Below, piece after piece: positions 11,416-22,379 of a stretch of 64,000 nt of DNA; within the stretch, counting starts at the first letter, position 1; each line of letters starts with the position of its first letter. The position numbers and the translations under genes were made by a program. The stretch lies in the NCBI GenBank assembly GCA_964276515.1, contig OZ193909.1, positions 7,626,001 through 7,690,000 on the forward strand. The letters are read 5' to 3'. Under the pieces are notes generated by a model. It did no database searches. It was not told where the DNA came from and was given only the letters and a program-made list of their open reading frames with translations. The DNA comes from Gordius albopunctatus (Eukaryota).

Positions 11416-12133
11416 CGGTCATTTTCATTTCCTTTAGCCATGATACGTCGTTTCGGGTGGCCGTGGCCCAATTGAATCTAATGGCTAGGCACAGCGTCTT
11501 GAGTTGCTCGTCGATAGGAATGAGGGCCTCAATTGGTTGTGTTGGAAGGCATAATCTTGCTGTGTGTAGCGCGTATTTCGCCTCGTGTTTGTCGCGCTTC
11601 GGGACCCGTGGGAGTTCTTCCAGCCCTTTAATATGGAGTTGAATATCCTCCCATACTGATTGAGGTGTCCTTGGAGGGTCCGGGGCTGGAAGGATTTGAA
11701 CAGTGGCCGGCATGCTTAGCGCTTGGGCGGCCCCCGGTACAGTAGTGGAGCCGCTTGCGCTTATGGCGAGCCTTTCGAGAAGGGCTACCATTGATTCGTT
11801 TGTCCTACGGTTTGATTCATTTTCCGCTAACAGCAATTCTTGGTTCCTGGCCAGTATTTCTAGAATTTCTTCCATCCTTGTCTTTGGCGTTAAAGTCCTG
11901 TTTTGATTAGGGGTAACGTCGCCTCTAGTTGGGATTTCCGGTGATGGAGTGGTGCTATGCGTTGGTGACTCAAAAAGGGCGCGTCTGGCACGTTCCGAGA
12001 GTGGTGTGGTTAGAGATTGCGACCTGGTAAGGGACTGGGTGACCCAAATAATTTTAAGAGGTGAGTAAGGTGGTAAACAAGGGAAAGAAAGGGGCAGAAG
12101 GTTGCTGAGGAGCGTAATGCGTGAGGGATACAA
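11303..12133 (-). CDS. ORF1 (gag/core-like) of the same retroelement
   Basis: 276-codon open frame upstream of and overlapping the RT ORF by 113 nt; coiled-coil-like EEILEILARNQELLLAENE, basic Gly/Arg/Lys C-terminus; first ATG at 11875. Confidence 0.7.
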   Translation of the reverse strand: MYPSRITLLSNLLPLSFPCLPPYSPLKIIWVTQSLTRSQSLTTPLSERARRALFESPTHSTTPSPEIPTRGDVTPNQNRTLTPKTRMEEILEILARNQELLLAENESNRRTNESMVALLERLAISASGSTTVPGAAQALSMPATVQILPAPDPPRTPQSVWEDIQLHIKGLEELPRVPKRDKHEAKYALHTARLCLPTQPIEALIPIDEQLKTLCLAIRFNWATATRNDVSWLKEMKMTDVEVTRQAKKQFFPAAGRGGSGPKGRNFKKGAAPAQR

Positions 12134-12142
12134 ACGAATCTT

Positions 12143-12151
12143 TTTTTTATA
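12143..12151 (-). promoter_or_regulatory. Candidate TATA box of the retroelement
   Basis: Minus strand reads catataaaaaaaag just upstream of the GC-rich block; AT-rich background makes a chance match possible. Confidence 0.3.
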
Positions 12152-12395
12152 TGTCTGTTATCATTTTCGAGTCACATACTAAAAAAGATAGGGATATACA
12201 TATTTCAAATTAGTATCTAATTAAAATTGCCCATAGATGGCGCTAATTAGAGTATTCTTTTAATTTAATTGCGGGCACTCCTGAAAGGGGTTGTTATTAT
12301 CTTCTAAAGTTTATATTTGTTATATTAAAAATAAAACTGTCGAAAATTTTTTTGAATTTTTCTGGCCCCTTGAGAAAATCCTGGCTACGCGCCTG

Positions 12396-12742
12396 AGTCA
12401 TAGGCTTTTTTAGGGGCACAGGGACCCATATCAGTAGAGGCATAGGCCCTTGTAGTGGAGGCCATAGGGTAATTATTAATGTTACCAATTCAAAAACGAA
12501 AAAAAAATTCAAATCACAATTTGGCTAATGGTCATTTTTTCATTGGTCAGTAGCCAGTGGAAGGTCAAAAGTCATATTATCCATGGTATTAACAAGAACA
12601 AAATATTAATTTAATTTTAAAAAAATAAAAAATTTTTTATCCTCTCCGGGGATTGAACTCGAAATTGGAGGGTAACGGACAAGGGACAATGGACAACGGA
12701 CGGACAACAAAAAACGAGCCCATAAATTGCATAGCAATTAAA
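12396..12742 (-). mobile_element. Modular interspersed repeat, copy C, head part
   Basis: Minus strand reads ttttaattgctatgcaatttatgggctcg...gtccgtccgttgtccattgtccc (palindromic head followed by a GTCC microsatellite). Confidence 0.8.
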
Positions 12743-13144
12743 ATGCATCAAATAATAAAATAAACTTCTTAAATATAGAGTCATCAAGAGGATCTTTTAA
12801 AATTGTTCAAGAATCCGCGAACGATTTAAAATTATTTGTCTGTAAGAAAACCAATTCTTTGTGTTAGTGAAAAGAGTACCGAAAGTTTGAACGGGTGAGA
12901 ATTTCAGTTGAACTCCTTAAAAAAAGCTAAGGCCTGTTAACTAGAAGTGCCCGAACACGAAGCGACCAATGGAATAAAAATGTTTGAGAATTAAATTTGT
13001 TCTTATTGGGTTTTCGCCCCTCGGTAACAACTAAAGAATCATTGCTGTATTTAGAGGGGGCAAATAGGTCAATACAAGTGAATTCCATTAAAGGTGAAGG
13101 ACATTATTACTCCTTGGGATCAGGGGTCCGATGTTTCTAAGATG

Positions 13145-13316
13145 CAGGGGCGTACCCAGGTTTTGAATTAGGGGGGGGGGGGCAAAACGTTTAAAAGTTC
13201 ATTTAGAGGGGGGCAAAACATAATTTTTTTTATGTTTTCGATGTTTTTGCATTGAAATTTTTTTTTCGTAAATTAGGGGGAGGGGGGCAGCCACCCCCCC
13301 CCTGGGTACGCCCATG
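13145..13316. mobile_element. 172-bp hAT-type MITE
   Basis: TIRs caggggcgtacccagg / cctgggtacgcccatg; perfect 8-bp TSD CTAAGATG. Related copies at about 3729-4163, 45355-45486 and 51888-51999. Confidence 0.92.
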
Positions 13317-15855
13317 CTAAGATGTATATTAAGATATTGGTCCCATTGTGTCAAAAATATTTAAATTTGTTTTCCAGGCAATGTAAGGAATGTATGTCTT
13401 GTTGGCCTAAGAGTGAATTGCAATTTAAACAAGTATAATGACTTCGAAAATTTTACTCTAAGTCTGAGAGCCATGGAATACGAAAGATCACAGTCTTCCA
13501 GCATCATCCCAGAGAGACAACCTGGGTAAGCCTCTAGCCATTCCTACCACCTAACAAAAACGATATTAAGTTTGAACGCTTGCTGGTGCTACTCGAAATT
13601 AGAGAGTCAACGGCGCAACATAAGTCCACCATCCCAATCTCTTTGTCGTGAGGTCTGTAGCAAGACGGATATAAAAATCGAATGGCATAAGAGGCAATCT
13701 TTTCCACTTTCGATATTTGGGTCTGAATGAAAATTTGGCGCCTTAATTTAAACTTTGGGGATTATAAAGCATAAATAGTGATACTTTTTTGGATATTCCT
13801 AATCAGCACAGAATTTTAAATATATGGATGGCAAATGAAGTCAAATGCCTTAGAAAAATCAAAGAGAAGAATATAAAGGGAATTTTTTTTCTAAATTATG
13901 AGTTAAGTTTTTAATTGTTAATATGTGTTCAAGTACATTACCTCATGAACCCTACTTGAGCGTGATTTATTTTACTTTCTATAAAACATCTTTCTCGATT
14001 ATAAAGCATATATATAACAAATTTTTAATAGTGACATGTATTAAAGCTATTGCCTCTATAATTAAGTGCTATGTTATTACTTATTAGGGTCGATTTGATT
14101 TTTGAAGAGTTAAATTCGGACATTACTTTACCATGGTACCGTGAATGTTCATCTTTCCACATCTAATATAAAGGATGTATGAGCCGAGAAAAGAGCTATG
14201 AACATCAGCTGAATCACTGACATAGATGCGGCTTTGTGGTTTCTAAGTTTTATATTCGTGCACATGATTTCATGGCTGCTAGGGGGTCAATCACCTGGAT
14301 CTTTAAAGCCATTGATGAATTTAAGGTAATTTGTGTATTAAAATGGGGTGGTAAGGAGAAATATTTTCGAATTCCCGACTGTTGTAAATGTACTTCAGAG
14401 TCTTTAGGATTATGACTAGAGGCCATAATTTAAGAGATCACTCCTACAAGGTGTAGGTTAAATAATTATTCTCCTGTAGAGCTTATGAGCTATATTAGAT
14501 TCACTCGCCACATTAAATTCTTTAATTTTTAGCTATTTAGTCCCCGTACACGCTAATCAGCTTTATAACCTTTAGGTGTTCTTTCTTGAAGTTGAGTAAT
14601 TTTCTCCTAATTATTTTATTTCTCCCTCTAATAAAACGAAGGGCCTATGGCGGTGGCAAGGTATATGTTTTAGGTTATGTGTGGATGCAATCAGGCTCTC
14701 CGCATGATTGCTGGTCATTCTGCTCTTTCGATTTTTTTAGGTTCCTATCCTAACAGTTTCGGCGTGTTACAAATTATAATTATTATATTATTTCGTCCTT
14801 ATAAAGGACATCTTCAAATAAATAAAATGTGTGCAGCCAAGGGTTCCCATATCTTAATTTAATTCTAATAAAGAAGGATTCTAACGTCTTCCTTTCTAAA
14901 TATGATTTTGTAATAAGTACGATTGAGTGTTAAGGATTAAAATTTATTTTTAAACGCAGTGTTTTTAATATTAAAATTTAATTTACCATCTTACTACTCG
15001 TTAAATGGGAAGAAAGCATTTAACCTTAACGATAAAATTACTACAAAGAAATATTTTAAACAAATTTATTTAGTTAAGTAATTTAGATAAAATTTGCCAT
15101 GGGTATTATTTTTAAAGCATTCATCATTAATTTTACTTTTATGTTTCACTAAAATCCCCGGGATTCGGTTAACCCCAAATTGAGATCTCTAAGGGTTTAA
15201 ATGCACTAATATATTTTTTGGCTCAAACACGGTCTGCAGATTCTACCATAAATCTGTGCGCCAGGCCCGCATTATTTAAAAACAGACCCACATAGTTTTA
15301 AATTATTGATTTGTATAATTAAAACGTTGTATATAAAGTTAATTCTAAGGTACATGAAAAATTATAATTTAATATTGTCTATTAGAAATAAATAACTTTC
15401 TATTTTATTGAGCTTTATTATGGTCTACTCTTCTATGAGAAAACTGTGCCCTCCTAGTAAATAAAAGATTTTATTCCAATAAAGTACTACGTGTATTACT
15501 TCGCTCTTATATTCATAATTTTGAAAGAGAGAATATATAGTCCGACTGTTTTACTTTAAGCCGGGCCGTAGGCTGACCCAGCCCATGCAGACGTCCCTAA
15601 ACACCCCCTGGCATGCACCAATAGTGCGACTTAAGAATAAAACAGACCTATAAGGTTTTTTCTGTTATTAAAGCTCATCAATGTGCTTAGTTAATTTAAA
15701 ATATATAACTATGATTAACATCTAGTTAAAAAATTTTATTTTATATATTATTAACACTATCTATTTGATCACGAAATGACGTATATACTCACTTTGTAAT
15801 AATTATCTCTATAAAAAAATTCTCATTACATTTATTGTAAATCAATCGTTATAAG

Positions 15856-18800
15856 ATGGCCTCAAGATGGGAACCAACGGAAAGGCCTTCAGTTATTTCA
15901 CACTACACAGAGTATGTGTGGAATAATGGGAAAATTTTGAATCCGGATATATGTGTTGTGATTAAAGGAGAAAAAATTCATGCGCATAGAACGATCCTAC
16001 AATTTGCCAGGTTTTTAAAAAATATTACATTTTATATTTCCTCTAGCGTCCCTTCCCGCCCCCACATTTTTGATTAGCTAAAACTTAAACTACTATATTT
16101 ATTGGTAAAACAATTAAAATAAAAAATCCTTTGCACTGCATGTTTTAATTGTTAAGTTAAAGGAATATCTAATATATAATAATTCTTGGCGTTGGTGTTT
16201 GTATGCGGTCATCCTTTAATGTCTTTCAGTTTCTCTTGCTCACTTAACTCATCGGACTAGTGCAAAGCGTATAATCTTTTATACGTCTGACTAAATGCTT
16301 GTGTTTTACAGTTGAATCATTAGTAATTTTTCGCAAATACATTTAAACTTATAAAAAGTCCCTTCTTTTTTGGATGATTAATAAACTTAAATAAAATTTC
16401 AAAGCGGCTCAGAAGCTTAAATTGCGATATAGATGCATGGCAATGTTATATGCAATATATTTTGCTTGAACTGAGGTTTACCTCTATAAATGAATTATAT
16501 GCTAATAACAATTAGAAATTAAAATTTTGAGATGTTAGATTTGCGACTTTACAAGAAAACAAATTTCTTAGAATGCCCTTTAAATAGTTGTTATAAAGGG
16601 TTAGTTAATTTAATTGTATCTTTTTACCTAACACAAATAAGACAAGTTTCATATTAAGTTAAGTGCTCTCATATGAACCATGTTGGAAACATATATTTTA
16701 TCTGACTTGAATGTATGTTATAGCGCAGGGTTTATCTAAATATTGCTTTTTTAAATAAAGCGATTACGTTTTCAAAATCTTGCGGTCAGACAAAAATGTT
16801 CGTGAAGTAAAAATTCCGGATGAATATGGAATAACGCCAGCTACCTTGAAGGAAATTTTAAAATTCAGCTACAATCATACAATTGATTTGACTACAGATA
16901 ATGTGAACGATATAGAGTCGGCAAGTACTAAGCTTGGTTTTATAGAGGTTTTGAACACGTGCCAAATATTTCGTCAAGAGTTGGCTCAAAAGATCAAAAC
17001 AATGGAAGATTTGAAAAAAGCAGACATCCCAAGCCAGAAAGTAGAGAAGCATAAAACTGGGCCCGAACCAATATCAACGATTAAAAGACCTGGGGCGCCT
17101 GTACCTTGGGGAGCTGATTACTACTCACCTGAGTATCTGTGGAAACCGCACGTTAGAGGCTCAAACTTTTTGCACTTTCTCCATTTTTTATGGGATCAAA
17201 ACCGTAACATCTTCTCGGATGTTACCGTGATTACTGGTATTTTTACTATTGATCCTACACCTGTATTAGTGGTGTGTAAATAATTCTCTTTTTCGATAAG
17301 GAACTAAAACGATTATTTAGATACATAGCATATTTTAGTAATGAATGTTGAGTCGTAGTTTTAAAAAAATTTCTAAACGCCAATATTAAAACATTCACTA
17401 ACATTTATATCGTATTTGATCGTAATTATGGTTGACTAAAAAAACTTAAATCCTAAAGCACATATTGCTAAATTATTTTTACTAAACATCGGTTATTTAT
17501 TTTATAGGTAGCATGTCATATAGAGCTCACAAGATGATTTTGTCCTGTCATAGCTATTACTTTGCTGATTTATTCGCCAAATCCCCCCATGCTACAGAAA
17601 TTATGTTACCAAAATCTTACGATATTTCGGCGACTACTTTTTATAAACTTTTAAAATTCATGTATACTAATGTACTTGACGTTGAGCCTCGAGACGCTAG
17701 CGCCATATATCATGCCGCTGTTATATTAAAAATGACACAATTAGTAGGGTCGTTGGAAAGTTCTTATTTTAAGGAGCCTTATAATGTCGTCAAAACGACA
17801 TCGGAAAATTTAAATGCGATTAATAGTATTAAGCAAACAACAGGACAGCGGTTACCAGACGTTGTAGGGGATATGGGTCAATATTTTAATGCTCCTAATA
17901 GGGAGCAAAACACAAATGTTTTAACCTCTGTCCCGACTTTAAATATAGCCAGCAGTGGGTTAGGTAATAATCTTGGATATAACATGATGCCAAACATACA
18001 AAGCTTCAAGCCATTCCCGTTTAACAATGCCAACAATATTCCCGTGATATCAATACAGCAAGAAGCTTCAAATTTTAACCCCTTATTAACTAATTCATAT
18101 CCTTTTGCCCCGCCGCCTCAAATGACCCAAAATTATATGGTAAACTCCGCAAGTACGATGCCGGCTACATTCCCCATGATGAATCCATCCTTTTCAATAC
18201 CACAGCTCACTGCTTCTCCTGTTCTTAGAAGCCTACCTGCTCCACAGCCTTTAGGATATCAGCAAATGCGCAACAGTCCCAAAATTATCAATCCTCCAGC
18301 AATAAATTGTGGTGTAAATTCTAATGGTTTTATGGGTCTTGACATTGAAACGGTATGTGCAATCTTATCCAACGATGACTTGATTGCTGATAACGAAATG
18401 GAGGTATTTAAAGCAGCTCTCAATTGGCTTAAATATAAACCCGAAAGATCAATTTACACTAATCAAATTATGAAATGCGTTCGATTTGCGGGTATGGATA
18501 AGCGAAGCCTGCTTAAGATTGTTGGCTTGGCCAGGGAATTATTTATGCAAAACAATATTTTTAGAGAAATAATTTTAAAGGCAAATTGGTAATTGTTATT
18601 AAATTTCAAACATATTTATTATAGTTCCAAAATATATTGTTGGAGCATTTAAGGTTGTAAATTACTTTAGGTTTATGGTCACCGAAGAAAATAACATTAA
18701 AACGGTAATAAGTGATCCCATTCCTAAACCTCGCAAAAGGGTGGGCCAAACACGCAGTAATGAAATTGGAGCGGGAGAAGGTTACAGTAATATGTTGCAA

Positions 18801-18959
18801 AATAAATATTCTGCCCCAACAAACGAATTCTCGACTAAAAGTATGCCTAATTTGGATAATCCATACTGTTGTCAGCAATGCAAGTGTCAATGGCCTTACA
18901 GAGCTGGTGGACCCAGAATATGTAACATCTGTAATCGACCTATTCCAGAAACTTTTTAA
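15856..18959 (+). CDS. BTB-BTB-(low complexity)-BACK protein with C-terminal CxxC...CxxC and no kelch repeats; exons 15856-16010, 16761-17236, 17508-18588, 18671-18959
   Basis: Phase-consistent GT-AG joins give PDICVVIKGEKIHAHRTILQFASDY (BTB1), SDVTVITGSMSYRAHKMILSCHSYYF (BTB2) and ILSNDDLIADNEMEVFKAALNW...CVRF (BACK). Confidence 0.85.
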
Positions 18960-19734
18960 CTTATGTATTGCTTTTCGGTGGATATAGGATATAACATCTG
19001 CAATCGACCCCTTCCATCAACCTTTTGTCACATGTACTGATTTTCCTAATTATTTTAATGATTTATTAATATTATGTGTTCTAAATGATCATATTCTATC
19101 ATTATACACTAATCAAACTTGTTTTGTTTTAATGGTAATAAAAAGATAAAGCTTTAGTAATTTGTTTTTAGTTGATTATAATTATTATTAGAGGGTTTAA
19201 AGAGGGTGAAGATGATTATGCTTGGAAATTGTAAAATATAATAAAGTATAGCGATAAGAGACACGATGTATAACCATTAAAGTAAACATTGACTTATGTT
19301 TTTAAGTAATTTTAACGTTGAACAGGTGAAATATATTTTATATTTAACTAAGTTTAATACATTTGCAAGGGAGACTTATACTATATGAATGACTTAATAC
19401 ATCATCACTCCATTAACTCCACTTTTTAGCCATCTTCTCGTCCTTAAGCATCTAAGGTAAGCCTTCAACTTTCCATAAATGTCAATTACGCCGTTTTTCT
19501 TGTGCCAGAACATCTTGACATCCATTGAAATCTATTTAGGTGATAAATGCATAATTACACGGATCTACGAATAATGACTCTGTGATTAAATCCCCCGAAC
19601 CCGATCTGACAACTAATTATGATAGAGAATTTTGCGCTGAACAATAATATGCTTTTAGTTTTTCTTATACGGATTTTATAATAAATGAAGCTAAAAGTGC
19701 AAAAAATTTCCAAGGCCATATAGGATTTTAATTT

Positions 19735-20110
19735 TTAATTGCTATGCAATTTATGGGCTCGCTTTTTGGTGTCCGTCCGTTGTCCCTCCTTTCAACTTTC
19801 TGACTTGCTGGTTCGATACCTGGAGAGGACAATTTTTTTTAAAATTAAATTAATATATTGTTCTTGTTAATATCATTGATAATATGACTTTTTGGCCGTC
19901 CGCTGGCTACTGACCAATAAAAAAATGACCATTGGCCAAATTGTGATTCGAAAATTTTTTTTTCCGTTTTTGAATTGGTATAAATTAACATTGATAATTA
20001 CCTATACCCCCCCCCCTACAAGGACCTATGCCTCTACTGATATGGGTACCTGTGCCCCCCCCCCCCTAAAAAAGCCTATGCCTCTACTATTCTTAATTGT
20101 TGGTTTGATA
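19735..20110 (+). mobile_element. Modular interspersed repeat, copy D
   Basis: Head aattgctatgcaatttatgggctcgc, gtccgtccg microsatellite, B-box-like ggttcgatacc and one ccaat unit. Confidence 0.8.
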
Positions 20111-20144
20111 CCCTTTGTTTTAAAATTTATAAAATCTTTTGAAT

Positions 20145-20390
20145 AATTAGCATAATATATTTATAAACCTAGCATATAATTAAATACTTAGCATAATTTA
20201 TAAATAATTTAATTACTTGGCACAATTTATTTAAATACTTAGCAATAATTTAAATACTTAGCATAATATATTTAAATACTTAGCAATCATTTAAATACTT
20301 AGCATAATATATTTAAATACTTAGCATATAATTTAAATACTTAGTAAAACATTAAAATACTTAGCAAATATATAAAATAACTTATACAAT
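20145..20390. repeat. Minisatellite, ~20-bp unit tttaaatacttagca(ta)ata, about 10 copies
   Basis: Seen directly. Confidence 0.85.
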
Positions 20391-20801
20391 TTAATATATT
20401 CACAAATATTTATAATATAATGCATGATGTGTATATATTAATACGGCCTAATCCAAAAAGAGGTCCATTTTTACAGAATATTAATTGTACAGGATTAAGT
20501 TGGAGTTTAGCTATGATAGATCAAAGTGTAAGAATAAGCATGTTCATTAGTTTCAAAACAAACCGAATTAGTGCATTAAAAGCGAAAAATTATGGCTAAA
20601 TGTTCATGCAAAACTAAATGTATGTGAAGTTCTACCTAAATCCAGGTGTATACAACTTTTAAAATCTTCAAATTTGTAAAATTTTTTAATTCTTCAAAAG
20701 GCAAAAAGATAGAAATTAATATTTTTCAAGAGGTAAAATAGATATATTTTACGATAATAATAGCTGAAGATAGTATAATTAACAAAGTTAGTATTTAAAA
20801 G

Positions 20802-22379
20802 TACGCCTGTGGGATATTCAACCGAATTCGAATATACCTATGTTTAAGTTCGATTCGAATTTTTTACGGTGCTAAGATTCGAAAATCCGAATCGAATCCT
20901 TGAAAAAATCATATTTTATTTTTTAAGGTTTAATTTAAATAGACGAGATTCAAATATTTAGCTGTTTTTATCTTACCGCATTGTAGTTATTTCCTGCTAC
21001 AATTTGAAAAAGTTTAATTTAAAAATTTTCATACTTACATAAGTTATGGGGTACGTGGAGCACAATTTAATTAAATTATGGACTTTGATAAAAATTACGA
21101 GACATCCCAAATATATTTCACGATTAAAGGCTATAGGTAAAGAATTTTACCCACCAATTGATTACATAAAGGCAAAACTTGACATAGTAGCCAGGTGAAA
21201 CAGCACCTAAATAATGATAGAAAAGGCTTTTTTTAGTAAGGCAGGCATTGGATTTGGATTTTAAATTCCTCCCAGAAGGAATTACTATCCAACATTGAAT
21301 GGGAACAAATTAAAAAGGTTGTATTGATACTTTTTCTGTTTTACAGTGCAACTAATTTAATATCCGGGGGGCCAATCCCACAATTAACCTGGTATTACCG
21401 GTATATTATCAACCAGGCATAGAAAATTATTCTGTCAAAATGGCCAAACTAAAAATAGAAGATATATGGCATTCAATAAGAGTATAGTCTTATTAGCGAG
21501 TGTCATCGATTTAAGGCTCAAAATTTGAATGTTTATCACCAGTACATGGCATATATCCTATAGAGAAATTAAAGATGACTTGGAACCTGCTATAGGAATT
21601 CAGCCTGATTTTGAATCAACTAGCGAGGTATCAACACAGGATCGGTTATTAAAAGCGATAAGGCGAAGTCTCAATTGGATACATTTTCGCAAAAACCACG
21701 TGTAGCCTCCAATGTTGAGCCTTTACAATAGTGGAAATCGATTTAACGTCGTTTTCCAGCCATCCAAAAATTGGCAAAAATTTTTCTCTCTATACCTGGA
21801 TCATTTATGTTATATATACTAATCTCACCTTCACGCGTATCATTCCAATATCACGCGTATCACCCCACTATCACGCAACCTTAGCGTATATATACTAAAA
21901 TTATATTAGTTTCATTATTCCTCTTTTGTTGTAATCTGAAAATACAATAATTTACCCCCTGCAAAAGAATATTTTCAACCGGAACCAATTTATTGACCAA
22001 ACACAAGCAATCGTTTAAGAAAGAAAGTGATGGGAAGATAATTTGTCTTAAAATTTGGATAAAAACGGTTCTTGATTGTTTACACATAAGTTTTTTGTTC
22101 GCCTTTAATATTTTTATTTTCAATGTGTTTTTTAAAAATATCTTTCAAATAAATTTTTCTAATGTATATGCAAATTAAAAATCATAGTAGCCTTTTTGTG
22201 TTTTTAAATAATTAAAAAAAACTTAACTCATAGTCGAATCGATTTCAAATCCTTAAATTCTTTTTGAATCGAATTCGAATCTTCATTTTAATATTCGACG
22301 AATCTCGAATAGAATATTTTTTTTTAATTTGAATCCGAAGAGAATACCAAAAATATTCGATTCGAAATCCAGAGGCGTA
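20802..22379. mobile_element. Non-autonomous hAT-type element with (TTCGAA)-rich subtermini, containing a degenerate LINE-like fragment
   Basis: TIR tacgcct(g/c)tgg; flanks tttaaaag and tttataag (7/8 TSD match); 21045-21330 reads YGVRGAQFN*IMDF, resembling CR1-type RT. Confidence 0.7.

Larger units (their letters stand above)
5613..12395. mobile_element. 6.8-kb hAT-type TIR element containing nested insertions
   Basis: TIRs CAGGCGCGTAGGCAAG (5613) and reverse complement CAGGCGCGTAGCCAGG (ends 12395); perfect 8-bp TSD AGTCATAG at 5605-5612 and 12396-12403; subterminal ttctggccccttga near both ends. Confidence 0.88.

Noticed and set aside
12230..12245. CTCF-like motif (cccatagatggcgct)
   Set aside because: Single partial match with no supporting evidence.
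12780..14800. Possible decayed non-LTR retrotransposon on the minus strand
   Set aside because: Composition is suggestive but no diagnostic RT or endonuclease motif could be read.
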